Below, in pieces: positions 1 to 10,704 of a DNA stretch of 64,000 nucleotides. Below the pieces are notes generated by a model. It had not been told where the DNA came from. It saw nothing but the letters and a program-made list of their open reading frames with translations, and did no database searches. Source of the DNA: an uncultured Pelagibacteraceae bacterium (GTDB taxonomy: Bacteria; Pseudomonadota; Alphaproteobacteria; Pelagibacterales; Pelagibacteraceae); the NCBI GenBank assembly GCA_902595885.1, contig CACJRQ010000003.1:12679-76678 (forward strand). Reading direction: 5' to 3'. Made by a program: the position numbers and the translations under genes. The first letter of the stretch is position 1. Each line of letters begins with the position of its first letter.

Positions 1-87
1 CTTTGGTTGAGTATGAATTTTCAATTCATCAGTGTAATTTTTGATATTTTTTTCAATGTCTATTAAATTTTTAACTGTATTATGCAT
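1..87 (-). CDS. 5' part of a CDS running off the window edge, probably YggS-family PLP-binding protein
   Basis: Not in the ORF track. The reverse strand from ATG at 87 reads MHNTVKNLIDIEKNIKNYTDELKIHTQPK with no stop before the edge. It resembles YggS N-termini preceding the IIAVSK motif, and yggS commonly neighbours the thiE-like/porin/leuS block in Alphaproteobacteria. Confidence 0.5.
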   Translation of the reverse strand, partial: MHNTVKNLIDIEKNIKNYTDELKIHTQPK

Positions 88-612
88 ATTAATATGATTA
101 GTAAATATTACTTTATAAATAAATTTGATACAAATAATATCAATAAACTTGATAAGCAAACAATTGTAATTTACAGGAACTATTCGTTAAAAACAAAGAA
201 TGAAACACTTATTCTTAAAATAAAAAAATATTGTAAAAGGAAATCAATAAAATTTTATTTATCTAACAATATTAAATTAGCAATAAAACTAGATTTAGAT
301 GGTGTATATATTCCAGCTTTTAATAATGATTTTCAACATCTAGCTTATTCTTTTAAAAAAAAATTTGAAATTATTGGATCAGCACATAATCTTAAAGAAA
401 TTAGAGAAAAAGAAAAACAAAATGTTAACAAAATTTTTTTATCATCATTGTTTAAAAAAAATAAAAACTTTTTAGGAATAAATAAATTTAAATTATTAAC
501 TAAACTAACTTCAAAAAAATTGGTTGTTTTAGGAGGAGTTTCTAAAGCGAATATAAAAAAACTTAAGCTAATCAAAAACCCTGAATTTGCTGGAATTTCT
601 TATTTTGAATAA
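82..612 (+). CDS. Thiamine-phosphate synthase (ThiE/TenI)-like protein; start may be ATG at 94
   Basis: Motifs LDGVYIP, IIGSAHNLKEI, FLSSLF and VVLGGV are typical of the short alphaproteobacterial ThiE-like TIM barrel. Confidence 0.7.
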   Translation: MHINMISKYYFINKFDTNNINKLDKQTIVIYRNYSLKTKNETLILKIKKYCKRKSIKFYLSNNIKLAIKLDLDGVYIPAFNNDFQHLAYSFKKKFEIIGSAHNLKEIREKEKQNVNKIFLSSLFKKNKNFLGINKFKLLTKLTSKKLVVLGGVSKANIKKLKLIKNPEFAGISYFE

Positions 613-641
613 AAAAAAGGCCCCTAAAAAGGGGCCCTTTT
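611..641. terminator. Bidirectional intrinsic terminator
   Basis: A8-GGCCCCT-AAAA-AGGGGCC-CTTTT hairpin between two convergent genes. The A-run gives the U-tract for the porin transcript. Confidence 0.85.
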
Positions 642-660
642 AAGATTAATCTAAATTAAA

Positions 661-1635
661 TTAGAATGCAAAGCCAAGATCGATTGCGTAACCATCGATA
701 TCGTCTCTTGATGCAGTTGAACCACCTACGTTATCCATAGATACGTAAGCAACTGAAACTGTTACACCACCTGTAGTATAAGCAGCTGATAAGTTTTTAG
801 ACTCTTGGTCTTGTGTCTTATCGCCAAACTCTCTTTCAGATTGGTGATATCCGATTGTTAAATCATCAGACACTTGGTAAGTTATACCAACTGCTGAGAA
901 ATCATCATCAGATGTAGTTGCACCTTCTTGAGATTGTTCTGATTCTTGAACACCAACTGTAAACGAACCAAAAGCGTACTTAGCGTACATAGTTTCTGTT
1001 TCTAGTTTTGATGTTCCAGATAGACCGTTATCATCTTGTGCAATACCAACTGTTAAACCTTCAACACCTGTGTATTTCACGTGCCATGAAACAGTACCGT
1101 CTGGTCTTGCTGATCCTGATGGAACATATGATAAGTCCACACCTAAACCTTCAATCATTTCCGGCACAACATATTTAAATGAGTTGTTAGTTCCGAAACC
1201 ACCGATAGCTCCTTCTTTAGTAGCCTGTCCAGTAGTTTTTGCTGTAGCAGCTGCTGTTGAAGTTTTACCGATTACGTCCCAAGACTCACCGTATGCTGTT
1301 GGCATAACATCGTCAACTGATGACATTGCAGTTCCACCACCATGAGCATGGAAAGTTAAAGTTCCCATATCTGGTAATTCTAAAACAACACTTCTGTCAT
1401 CTAGTGTACCACCATCAATTTCTTGTTTAGTAGTAACAACGATACCATTGTCTAACTCTCCAGATCCTGAAAAGTTCATTGAGTCACCTGATGAGAAAGT
1501 GTTTCCACCATCATGGTTAGACGCATTACTCATTGATATACCTGCAGAACCAGTAACACTCATTGAACCAGCAAATGCTGAAGTAGCAATAAGTGAACCT
1601 GCTAATGCAGTTAAACCTATTTTTTTAATGTTCAT
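661..1635 (-). CDS. Outer-membrane porin
   Basis: Signal peptide MNIKKIGLTALAGSLIATSAFA, alternating beta-strand pattern, C-terminal Phe (DLGFAF), SD-like GGAG upstream, and codon usage typical of highly expressed genes. Confidence 0.88.
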   Translation of the reverse strand: MNIKKIGLTALAGSLIATSAFAGSMSVTGSAGISMSNASNHDGGNTFSSGDSMNFSGSGELDNGIVVTTKQEIDGGTLDDRSVVLELPDMGTLTFHAHGGGTAMSSVDDVMPTAYGESWDVIGKTSTAAATAKTTGQATKEGAIGGFGTNNSFKYVVPEMIEGLGVDLSYVPSGSARPDGTVSWHVKYTGVEGLTVGIAQDDNGLSGTSKLETETMYAKYAFGSFTVGVQESEQSQEGATTSDDDFSAVGITYQVSDDLTIGYHQSEREFGDKTQDQESKNLSAAYTTGGVTVSVAYVSMDNVGGSTASRDDIDGYAIDLGFAF

Positions 1636-1744
1636 ATTAATTACTCCTTTGTAATTGTTATTATTAATAATAAACGTTGCATAAATATCATTTTAGTACT
1701 AACAAATGGCCTATTTTATTGATATTTTGTAAAAAATTTAGATT

Positions 1745-1762
1745 TGTTGTATTTTTGCAACA
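1745..1762. promoter_or_regulatory. Imperfect palindrome, candidate transcription-factor site in the porin/DUF3576 divergent spacer
   Basis: TGTTGTATTTTTGCAACA (TGTTG-N8-CAACA). Confidence 0.4.
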
Positions 1763-1854
1763 CTAATTATCAAGAATATTTGATTTTAAAGGGTTTTTTT
1801 CAATAATATGTATATATTTTACAATTATTCATTAAAAACGAAAATATTTAAATT

Positions 1855-2418
1855 ATGAATTTTAAGTCAATTTTATTGTATTTGTTTTTATCATTTTTTC
1901 TATATTCCTGTAATGGTAAATTACCTGGAGCTGATGCAAGAAAAGTTCCTTATGATCCGAAAGAAAGAGTAAAAAGAAATCTAGAACAAGGTAAAGGTTT
2001 TAGATTAGACGATGCATTTGGTGGAGGTGGAAAAGCTGGAAATTTTGAGTTTGCAAGTTCTAACCCTTTATGGCAAGCATCTTTAGACACAATAGATTTT
2101 ATGCCACTATCTTCAGCAAACTACAGTGGTGGAATTTTAATAACAGATTGGTACTCGGACGATCAAAATTCAAATGAGTCAATTAAAATTACAATTAGAT
2201 TTCTTACTAATGAAGTTAGATCAGATGCTTTAGATATAAAAGTTTTTTATAAAAAATGTGATAATATAAGTAATTGTAAAATAACAGAGCAAGAAGGAAA
2301 TCTTAAAGTTGAATTAAACAAAGAAATTTTAAAAAAGGCAGCAGTTTACAAAGAACAACAAAAAGATAATACCTTTAAACCATATGATTCAGGTGGTGAA
2401 AGAGATAACAAGACCTAA
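1855..2418 (+). CDS. DUF3576-family lipoprotein
   Basis: Lipobox LYSC, motif NPLWQASLDTIDFMPL...GGILITDWY, position upstream of leuS. Confidence 0.8.
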   Translation: MNFKSILLYLFLSFFLYSCNGKLPGADARKVPYDPKERVKRNLEQGKGFRLDDAFGGGGKAGNFEFASSNPLWQASLDTIDFMPLSSANYSGGILITDWYSDDQNSNESIKITIRFLTNEVRSDALDIKVFYKKCDNISNCKITEQEGNLKVELNKEILKKAAVYKEQQKDNTFKPYDSGGERDNKT

Positions 2419-2436
2419 AAATATTTTAAAGCTTTA

Positions 2437-4974
2437 GTGGAAAGATATAATTTTAAATTTACAGAAGAGAAGTGGCAAAAATTTTGGGAAGAAAATAATT
2501 CTTTTTCAACAAAGATAGATCATTCAAAAGAAAAATTTTATTGTTTAGAAATGTTCCCGTATCCCTCGGGTAGAATTCATATGGGTCATGTCAGGAATTA
2601 TACAATAGGGGATGTGCTTGCAAGATATAAAAGTTTGCAAGGTTATAACGTGCTACACCCAATGGGTTGGGATTCATTTGGAATGCCAGCTGAGAATGCT
2701 GCAAGACAAAACAATTTAGATCCTAAAACATGGACTGAAAGTAATATTAAAAATATGAAATCACAGTTAAAAAAATTAGGATTATCAATTGACTGGGATA
2801 GAGAAATCTCAACTTGTACACCTGAATATTATAAACACCAACAAAAATTTTTTTTAGAATTATATGATAAAGATTTAGTTTACCGGAAAGAACAATATGT
2901 GAATTGGGACCCTGTTGACCAAACCGTTTTAGCCAATGAGCAAGTGATAGATGGGAAAGGATGGAGATCTGGAGCTGTTGTTGAAAGAAAAAAACTGAAC
3001 CAATGGTTTTTTAATATTTCTAAGTTTTCAGAAAAATTATTAGAAAATCTTAATTCACTCAAAGAATGGCCTAATAAAGTAAAAGTAATGCAAAAGAATT
3101 GGATAGGAAAATCATTTGGTTGTGAAGTAGATTTTAAAATTCAAAATTCTAAAAAAATTAAAGAAATAAAATGTTTCACAACAAGACCAGATACACTTTT
3201 TGGTATGTCATTTATTGCATTGTCTGTAGATCATCCTGTATCAGAATTGTATGAGAATAATGAGGAATTTATAAAATTTAAAAAACAATGCTCAACAACA
3301 GGAACTACGGAAGAGGCTATTGCAAATGCAGAAAAATTAGGTTTTAAAACGGACCTTATTGCAGTTAATCCTTTAAATGAAAACATTAAAGTACCTGTTT
3401 ATTTTGCCAATTTTGTTTTGATGGATTACGGTTTAGGTGCAGTTTTTGGCTGTCCAGCACATGATCAAAGAGATTTAGATTTTGCTCTAAAGTATAACCT
3501 AGAAGTTAGGACTGTTGTTAGACCAGATAAATCAGATGATACATTTACAGTTACTGATAAAGCATTCACAGGTGCAGGATATATCTTTAATTCTGCATTC
3601 TTGAATGATTTAAAATGTCCAGAGGACTCAATTATTAAAACCATAGAATATTTGGAACAAAATAATTTAGGTAAAAAACAAATTAATTTTAGACTTAAAG
3701 ACTGGGGTGTATCAAGACAAAGATATTGGGGATGTCCAATTCCAATTGCTTATAATGAAAAGGGTAATCCAGTAAAAATACCTCAAGAAATGTTACCTGT
3801 AAAACTACCAGAAATAAGCAAATTTGAAACTTCTGGGAATCCATTGGATACCTTAAAGGATTGGAAAAATATTACTATTAAAGGAAAAAATTACACCAGA
3901 GAAACTGATACTTTAGATACTTTTGTAGACTCATCTTGGTATTTTTTAAGATTTTGTTCTCCAAAGAAAAATGATTACGGTTTCGATAAAGATGAAATTA
4001 AATATTGGATGCCAGTGGATCAATATATTGGTGGTGTTGAGCATGCAATATTGCACTTGCTATACTCTAGATTTTTTATGCTGGCGTTATCTGATGAAAA
4101 TGAAAAGATAAGCATTGAAGAACCATTTAAGGGATTATTTACTCAAGGCATGGTTTGTCACGAAACATATAAAAGCCAAAATGGTGAATGGCTTAGTCCT
4201 GATGAAATAGAAACTATTAATGGAGAAAAATTTGAAAAAACAGATAAATCAAAAAAAGTAAAAGTGGGTCCCTCTGAGTCCATGTCAAAATCAAAAAAAA
4301 ATATAATTGATCCTGAAAATATTATTGAAAATTATGGAGCAGATGCTGCCAGATTATTTATTCTCTCAGATAGTCCACCAGAAAAAGATGTACAATGGTC
4401 TGATGAAGGAATTGCTTCTTCTTATAAATTTATACAAAAATTATGGTCTTTAAATGCAAAAATAATGACCGAAATTTCAAAGAATCATGAGATTAACTCA
4501 AGTGATAAACTTGATAAATTTACAAATATATATTTAAAAAAAATGACTGATAACTTAAATTCTTTTAGCTACAACGTTTTAATTGCTGGAATTCATGAAA
4601 TGTGCACTTTTCTAAATAAAGAGACCAATAATAAATACACCAGAGGTACTCTTATTAGTAATTATAACAAAATTTTAATAACTTTATTACCAATTATTCC
4701 TCACTTTGCCTCAGAGTGTTTAGAAATAAATCAATTCAAATTAAACCAAATTTGGCCAAGAGTTGATGAAAGTAAACTTATAGAGGAGAAAGTTAAAATA
4801 GTTGTACAAATTAACGGAAAAAAAAGAGCATTAATTGATACTGAAAGAGATATCTCGGAAGAAAGTTTATTAAAAGTAATAAATAATAATAATAGTATAA
4901 ATAAATATTTTTTTAATAAAGATCCACTGAAAGTAATCTTTATAAAAAATAAGATAATAAATATAATTGTATGA
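2437..4974 (+). CDS. leuS: Leucyl-tRNA synthetase
   Basis: [13 protein letters not shown] (HIGH), SMSKS (KMSKS), [15 protein letters not shown]; 845 aa; GTG start. Confidence 0.98.
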   Translation: MERYNFKFTEEKWQKFWEENNSFSTKIDHSKEKFYCLEMFPYPSGRIHMGHVRNYTIGDVLARYKSLQGYNVLHPMGWDSFGMPAENAARQNNLDPKTWTESNIKNMKSQLKKLGLSIDWDREISTCTPEYYKHQQKFFLELYDKDLVYRKEQYVNWDPVDQTVLANEQVIDGKGWRSGAVVERKKLNQWFFNISKFSEKLLENLNSLKEWPNKVKVMQKNWIGKSFGCEVDFKIQNSKKIKEIKCFTTRPDTLFGMSFIALSVDHPVSELYENNEEFIKFKKQCSTTGTTEEAIANAEKLGFKTDLIAVNPLNENIKVPVYFANFVLMDYGLGAVFGCPAHDQRDLDFALKYNLEVRTVVRPDKSDDTFTVTDKAFTGAGYIFNSAFLNDLKCPEDSIIKTIEYLEQNNLGKKQINFRLKDWGVSRQRYWGCPIPIAYNEKGNPVKIPQEMLPVKLPEISKFETSGNPLDTLKDWKNITIKGKNYTRETDTLDTFVDSSWYFLRFCSPKKNDYGFDKDEIKYWMPVDQYIGGVEHAILHLLYSRFFMLALSDENEKISIEEPFKGLFTQGMVCHETYKSQNGEWLSPDEIETINGEKFEKTDKSKKVKVGPSESMSKSKKNIIDPENIIENYGADAARLFILSDSPPEKDVQWSDEGIASSYKFIQKLWSLNAKIMTEISKNHEINSSDKLDKFTNIYLKKMTDNLNSFSYNVLIAGIHEMCTFLNKETNNKYTRGTLISNYNKILITLLPIIPHFASECLEINQFKLNQIWPRVDESKLIEEKVKIVVQINGKKRALIDTERDISEESLLKVINNNNSINKYFFNKDPLKVIFIKNKIINIIV

Positions 4975-5438
4975 AAATAATTATTAAAAATATTACAAAA
5001 ATCTTTTTGTTTATATTGGTATTAAATAGTTGTGGATATAGTCCTATGTTTAAAGATTTCAGTGACTTAAATTTTTCAATAAATATTAAAGATTCATTAG
5101 GATCAAGGGAAATTAATAATTTAATTATAGCAAATCTAAAAAACTACTCTAAATTAGATACATCAAAAAAATATGATGTAGTAGTTGATTCAGAATACAA
5201 AAAAAATATAATAGCAAAAGACTCTACGGGTGCTGCAACTGAATATAAAATAATTATAACTTCAAATTTTCAAATTAAATCAACAAACTTTAATGAAGAA
5301 ATTAGTTTTAACGAAAGTTTTAACATGCAAAGCATGAGTAATAAATTAGATGAAAAGGATTATGAGGAAAATATTCAAAATAATTTAACAAATACAATAA
5401 CAAGAAAACTAATTCTTAAATTATCTCAATTAGAATGA
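4971..5438 (+). CDS. lptE: LPS-assembly lipoprotein LptE-like
   Basis: Lipobox LNSCGYSP; conserved leuS-lptE-holA order. Confidence 0.7.
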   Translation: MKIIIKNITKIFLFILVLNSCGYSPMFKDFSDLNFSINIKDSLGSREINNLIIANLKNYSKLDTSKKYDVVVDSEYKKNIIAKDSTGAATEYKIIITSNFQIKSTNFNEEISFNESFNMQSMSNKLDEKDYEENIQNNLTNTITRKLILKLSQLE

Positions 5439-6430
5439 TTTTAAAATTTTTTGAAATAAACAAAATAAACTTAAATAATCACAAAATAATACTTTTTTAC
5501 GGAAAAAATGAAGGGTTAAAAAAAGAGTCCATAAATTTAGTCTTAAAAAACTTAAAAGAAACTTCAACATACGAAGAAAAAGAAATCTTGGACAACTCAA
5601 AAACATTTTTAGAAAATATTTCATCAAAGTCACTATTTGAGAAAGAAAGAAGTATCATTATAAAAAGAGCAACTGATAAAATTATGAATATTTTGGAAGA
5701 AATAATCTCGAAAAATTATGATGACGTAATAATTATCAACGCAAGTAACCTAGAAAAAAAATCTAAATTAAGATCTTTTTTTGAAAAAAGTAAAAAACAT
5801 ATCTGTGTTGCTTTTTATCCAGATAATCAACAAACTCTTTTAAAACTTGGGGTTAATTTTTTTCAAAAAAAAAATATATCAATATCTCAGTCAAATATTA
5901 ATTTAATTGTTAATAAATGTAACGGTGACAGGGAAAACCTAAATAATGAATTAAAAAAAATAGAACAATTCAGTCAAAATGGAAAAAAAATTACGATAGA
6001 TAGTTTGGTTAAACTAATAAACTTATCTGAAAATCATAGTATATCAGAACTTGTTGACAACTGCCTTGCAAAAAATGCAAAAAAAACAATTGGTATTTTA
6101 AACGAAAATAATTTTAGTAACGAAGATTGTATTTTAATTGCCAGAACATTTTTAAATAAAGCAAAAAAAATTCTTAAACTTTCTAGTGAATTTGAAAAAA
6201 ATAAAGATATTGATTTAACAATTGCCTCTGCAAAACCACCAATTTTTTGGAAAGAGAAAGAGATAACAAAAGAACAGGTTTTCAAATGGAAACCAAATAA
6301 AATTAAAGAACTTATTTATAAAATAACCGAAATAGAATTATATATTAAAAAAAATATCACAAACTCAATTAATTTAATAACAAATTTTTTGATAGAGCAA
6401 TGTACAAATGAAACTAATAATAAGATTTAA
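5435..6430 (+). CDS. holA: DNA polymerase III delta subunit
   Basis: ILFYGKNEG, SLF, LEKKSKLR and KPPIFWK motifs; synteny. Confidence 0.9.
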   Translation: MILKFFEINKINLNNHKIILFYGKNEGLKKESINLVLKNLKETSTYEEKEILDNSKTFLENISSKSLFEKERSIIIKRATDKIMNILEEIISKNYDDVIIINASNLEKKSKLRSFFEKSKKHICVAFYPDNQQTLLKLGVNFFQKKNISISQSNINLIVNKCNGDRENLNNELKKIEQFSQNGKKITIDSLVKLINLSENHSISELVDNCLAKNAKKTIGILNENNFSNEDCILIARTFLNKAKKILKLSSEFEKNKDIDLTIASAKPPIFWKEKEITKEQVFKWKPNKIKELIYKITEIELYIKKNITNSINLITNFLIEQCTNETNNKI

Positions 6431-7256
6431 TTATATCTATAATTTTATTTAACTGATCTAAATCCCTATACTCAAAAGAAATTTTTCCTTTATTTCTTTT
6501 GTTATTTTTTATTTCTACATTTAAACCTATTTTATTTGATACTGATAATTCAAGCGCAATTATATTAGTATCTTTTGAATCTTTTGATTTCTGTTTTCTA
6601 TTTTTAAAAATTTTAACAAAATTTTCAGCTTGTCTAACAGAAAGTTTTTTTTCGATTATTTTAGTAGCAACAAAACTAGCATTATCTAAACCTACTAAAA
6701 TTTTAGCATGGCCAGCAGTTAATTTTTGAGTTTCGATTAATTTAATTACATCCTCTGGCAAGGTTAAAAGTCTTAAGGAATTTGTTATATAACTTCTACT
6801 TTTTCCAATAAATCTAGACACCTTCTCTTGGTCATAAGCAAAATCATCAATTAATCTTTTATATCCTTGTGCCTCCTCAAGAGGATTTAGGTCATGTCTT
6901 TGAACATTTTCTACAATTGCAAATTCTAAGGATTTTAAATCATCAGCTTCAGTTATAACTACAGGAACACTATGAACACCTGCGCGCTGAGCTGCAAGCC
7001 ATCTCCTTTCACCTGCAATAATCTCAAATTTTGATTTTTGATCATCTGATTTTCTTACCACGATGGGCTGTATAATTCCTCTTTCTTTAATAGAATTTGA
7101 TAATTCTTCTAAATTAGTTTCATCAAATATTTTTCTTGGCTGGTATCTATTTGGTATTAAATCGCTTATAGATAAATGATTTTTTTTAGTTTCGACTTTT
7201 GTTTCTCCAATTAATGAAGACAACCCTCTGCCAAGACCTTTCTTAATTTTATCCAT
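6414..7256 (-). CDS. parB: Chromosome partition protein ParB
   Basis: KGLGRGLSSL N-terminal motif, IIAGERRWLAA arginine patch, ENVQRHDLNPLEEA, HTH. Confidence 0.97.
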   Translation of the reverse strand: MDKIKKGLGRGLSSLIGETKVETKKNHLSISDLIPNRYQPRKIFDETNLEELSNSIKERGIIQPIVVRKSDDQKSKFEIIAGERRWLAAQRAGVHSVPVVITEADDLKSLEFAIVENVQRHDLNPLEEAQGYKRLIDDFAYDQEKVSRFIGKSRSYITNSLRLLTLPEDVIKLIETQKLTAGHAKILVGLDNASFVATKIIEKKLSVRQAENFVKIFKNRKQKSKDSKDTNIIALELSVSNKIGLNVEIKNNKRNKGKISFEYRDLDQLNKIIDIIKSYY

Positions 7257-8050
7257 TAAGCAGCACTCCCTATTGTTGGTTCTTGATTTATAAATTCATC
7301 TGTGAAACTAAAATATGATTTGCTCCCAGGACAAGATTTATCATAAATTAGAACTGGCATCCCATGAGAAGGTGCTTCGGATAATCTTACGTTCCTTGGT
7401 ATTACCGTTGAATAAACTTTTTCAGTAAAATAATCTCTGGCCTCCTTTTCAACTTGTGAGGAAAGCTTATTTCTTTTGTCATACATCGTTAAAAGTATAC
7501 CCCTTATTTTCAAATCTGGGTTTAAACTTACTTTTATCCTTTCAATAGTCTTCATTAACTGAGTTAAGCCCTCAAGTGCAAAAAATTCAGTCTGTAATGG
7601 AACCAAAAGTGAATTTGAACTTACTAGGGCCATTACAGTTAGAAGACTTAAAGATGGTGGACAATCCACTAAGACATAATCATATATTCCTCTAGAATTG
7701 TTTAAATATGCGGTTAATTTGGTCTTTAATATAAAGGCCCTATTACTATCATCAGCCGTCTCTACTTCTAAGCCCGATAAATCTACATTGGATGTAATAA
7801 TATCTAGATTTTCTAACTGTGTTTTTTTAATCACCTCACTAATTTCTCTAGTGCCATTCAATACTCCATAAATTGTATCACTAGAGCTCTCTATATTAGA
7901 TAATCCCAGACCTGTGGTAGCGTTTCCTTGAGGATCTAAGTCGATTACTAAAATTTTTTTATTTATTTGAGATAAACCAGCTGCAAGATTTATAACTGTA
8001 GTGGTTTTTCCGACCCCACCCTTTTGATTTATGACTGAAATAATTTGCAT
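7256..8050 (-). CDS. parA: Chromosome partition ATPase ParA/Soj
   Basis: NQKGGVGKTTT deviant Walker A, DLDPQGNAT, DCPPSL, IPRNVRLSEAPSHG. Confidence 0.97.
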   Translation of the reverse strand: MQIISVINQKGGVGKTTTVINLAAGLSQINKKILVIDLDPQGNATTGLGLSNIESSSDTIYGVLNGTREISEVIKKTQLENLDIITSNVDLSGLEVETADDSNRAFILKTKLTAYLNNSRGIYDYVLVDCPPSLSLLTVMALVSSNSLLVPLQTEFFALEGLTQLMKTIERIKVSLNPDLKIRGILLTMYDKRNKLSSQVEKEARDYFTEKVYSTVIPRNVRLSEAPSHGMPVLIYDKSCPGSKSYFSFTDEFINQEPTIGSAA

Positions 8051-8071
8051 TTAATTTTTTCTATTATCCTT

Positions 8072-8716
8072 TTAATTTTTTTTCTTAATTTTTTTAATAT
8101 TTATTAAAAACGAATCTTTACTTGTTAAACTTTTTTTTTCTATATACTTCAGCTCCCATTTTTTTTTAGAATTCTCGAAAATTTTTTTTCCACTCTTCCC
8201 CATAAAAAAAATTAAATTTTTATATTTTGAAAAATTTTCATATACTAAATCTAAAACTACTGGCATTGGTTTGAATGCTCTGGACATTATTGTTCCTGTT
8301 TCTAAATTTTTTATTTCAAAAATATTTTTTTGAAAAACCTTTGTGTTTAAATTTAATTTTTCTGAAACTTCCCTTAAAAAATGGCTTTTATGGTAGCTTT
8401 TTTCATATAGGTGAACATTCATATTATTTTTCATGTTTTTCAGTATAATTGCTACGATTATTCCTGGCATACCCCCACCTGAGCCTATATCTGTGGTTGT
8501 ATTGCAATTTAAGTCAACAAAATCAATTATTTGTGCTGAATCAATAATATGGCGGTCAATTATAGCTTTTTTTGATGCTGTATTTTGGCTAATTATGTTA
8601 ATTTTTTTATTTTTTTCCAGAATCATAGATATATAGTTTTCAAAGTCTAAAAATGTTTCACGTGAAACATTTAAGTGATTGATTCTAGAATAAGAATTTA
8701 AAATTTCTTGATCCAT
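8072..8716 (-). CDS. rsmG: 16S rRNA m7G527 methyltransferase
   Basis: RHIIDS, DIGSGGGMPG SAM motif, SRAF; mnmG-rsmG-parAB order. Confidence 0.92.
   Translation of the reverse strand: MDQEILNSYSRINHLNVSRETFLDFENYISMILEKNKKINIISQNTASKKAIIDRHIIDSAQIIDFVDLNCNTTTDIGSGGGMPGIIVAIILKNMKNNMNVHLYEKSYHKSHFLREVSEKLNLNTKVFQKNIFEIKNLETGTIMSRAFKPMPVVLDLVYENFSKYKNLIFFMGKSGKKIFENSKKKWELKYIEKKSLTSKDSFLINIKKIKKKN
8654..8669. other. parS centromere-like site
   Basis: TGTTTCACGTGAAACA, a perfect consensus parS palindrome extending to 22 bp (8651-8672), inside rsmG and about 0.6 kb from parA. Confidence 0.92.
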
Positions 8717-10587
8717 TAAGCTATATGCTTAATAGACTTTCTTTTGACATGTGACAACAAAATATATACCGCTGCTGGTGTAATTCCATCAATTCTTAAC
8801 GCTTGACCCATTGTTTTAGGCTTTATTTTCTTAAATTTAGCTTTAACCTCATTAGATAAACCTGAAAGTCCATCATAATTAATCTTATCAGGTATAATAA
8901 GGTTTTCATCCCTCTTAAATGCTAAAATATCTGCTTTTTGCTTCTTTAAATAACCCCTATAATGAGCATTTATTTCTATCTGTTCATCAATTTCTTTACT
9001 AAAAAAAGGTATATCAGACCATATTTCTCTGATTTTGCTCATATTTACCCCTTTTTGAGTTAAAACCTCGCTAGATGATCTCAATATTCCATCTTTTGCA
9101 ATTTTTATTCCAAATTTCATGGCTTTAGATGGCGAAATCTTTAATTCACTCATTTTTACGTTTATTTGTCTGATTTGTTTAAATTTACTTAAATATATTT
9201 GCTTTCTCTCTTCACCTATTAGACCAATCTCTATTCCCTTGGCAGTTAATCTTTGATCAGCATTATCAGATCTCAAACTCAATCGATATTCTGCTCTTGA
9301 TGTGAACATACGATATGGCTCAGCTACTCCCTTAGTTACCAAATCATCAATCATTACTCCAATGTAGGCATCAGATCTATCAAGTATGAATGGTTCCAAT
9401 TTTTTAACAGACAAGGCAGCATTTATTCCAGCTATAAGGCCTTGTGCAGCAGCTTCCTCATATCCTGTTGTACCATTAATTTGACCTGCTAGATAAAGAT
9501 TGCTTATCTTCTTAGTTTCAAGAGTTAAGAATAGTTCACGTGGATCTATATAATCATATTCTATTGCATATCCTGGTCTTAATATAGTAACATTTTCTAA
9601 ACCATTGATATTATTACATATTTCTTGTTGCACATCAGCTGGGAGTGATGTTGATATACCATTTGGGTAAATTGTGTAGTCATTTAGACCTTCTGGCTCT
9701 AAAAATATCTGGTGACGAACTTTATCCGCAAATTTTACTATCTTATCTTCTATAGATGGACAATATCTTGGGCCTACCCCTTTTATACTACCCGAGTACA
9801 TAGCGCTCTTTGATAAATTCTTTTCTATAATGTTATGAACCTTTTCATTTGTATAAGTCATTCGACAAGATATTTGTTTATTTAGATTTTTTTTAGTTAA
9901 AAATGAAAAAAAATAAGGATCGTCATCTGCGAATTGTTCTTCTAAGTTTTCAAAATTAATTGTCCTTGAATCTAACCTTGGTGGTGTTCCAGTTTTTAAT
10001 CTTCCAATTTTAAAATTATATTTTGCTAATTGTTCACTCAAACCAGTAGAAGGTTTTTCATCGTATCTTCCAGCAGGAGTTCTTTCGTCGCCTATGTGTA
10101 TCAAACCATTCAAAAAAGTCCCTGTTGTAAGTATTATCTTCTTAGATATAACTTTCTTACCTTCTTTAGTTTCAAATCCACTTATTGAATTTTTATCAAA
10201 AATAAACTTTACTACAGGATCAGAAAAAACACTTAAATTACAATAGTTTAGCAACATTTCTTGCATATATTTACGATAAAGTGATCTATCAGATTGAGTT
10301 CGTGGTCCTCTGACTGCTGGTCCTCTACTTCTATTTAACAATCTAAATTGTATACCTGATTTATCTGCTACATCTCCCATAACACCATCAAGGGCATCTA
10401 TTTCTCTAACCAAATGACCTTTACCCAAGCCTCCTATTGCCGGGTTACAAGACATCTCACCGATAGTTTCTATTTTATGAGTAAATAGGGCAGTGTTCAC
10501 TCCAAGACGAGCAGATGCTGCTGCAGCTTCACATCCAGCATGGCCTCCTCCAATTACAACTACATCAAATGACAAATCATTTTTCAT
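8716..10587 (-). CDS. mnmG: tRNA U34 modification enzyme MnmG (GidA)
   Basis: [53 protein letters not shown]. Confidence 0.98.
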   Translation of the reverse strand: MKNDLSFDVVVIGGGHAGCEAAAASARLGVNTALFTHKIETIGEMSCNPAIGGLGKGHLVREIDALDGVMGDVADKSGIQFRLLNRSRGPAVRGPRTQSDRSLYRKYMQEMLLNYCNLSVFSDPVVKFIFDKNSISGFETKEGKKVISKKIILTTGTFLNGLIHIGDERTPAGRYDEKPSTGLSEQLAKYNFKIGRLKTGTPPRLDSRTINFENLEEQFADDDPYFFSFLTKKNLNKQISCRMTYTNEKVHNIIEKNLSKSAMYSGSIKGVGPRYCPSIEDKIVKFADKVRHQIFLEPEGLNDYTIYPNGISTSLPADVQQEICNNINGLENVTILRPGYAIEYDYIDPRELFLTLETKKISNLYLAGQINGTTGYEEAAAQGLIAGINAALSVKKLEPFILDRSDAYIGVMIDDLVTKGVAEPYRMFTSRAEYRLSLRSDNADQRLTAKGIEIGLIGEERKQIYLSKFKQIRQINVKMSELKISPSKAMKFGIKIAKDGILRSSSEVLTQKGVNMSKIREIWSDIPFFSKEIDEQIEINAHYRGYLKKQKADILAFKRDENLIIPDKINYDGLSGLSNEVKAKFKKIKPKTMGQALRIDGITPAAVYILLSHVKRKSIKHIA

Positions 10588-10704
10588 AATCCAAATCTAT
10601 ATGTGATTATATAATTTACAAGATAGGCTTAATTTTTTGTAAATAAGCTTTATTTATCAACGTTTTTTGATAAAAAAAGTGCAAAAAACCAGCAAAATAG
10701 GGTA

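Noticed and set aside
1071-1093. TTTCACGTG core in the porin gene resembling parS
   Set aside because: The right arm is GCCATG rather than GAAACA; it is not a 16-bp palindrome.
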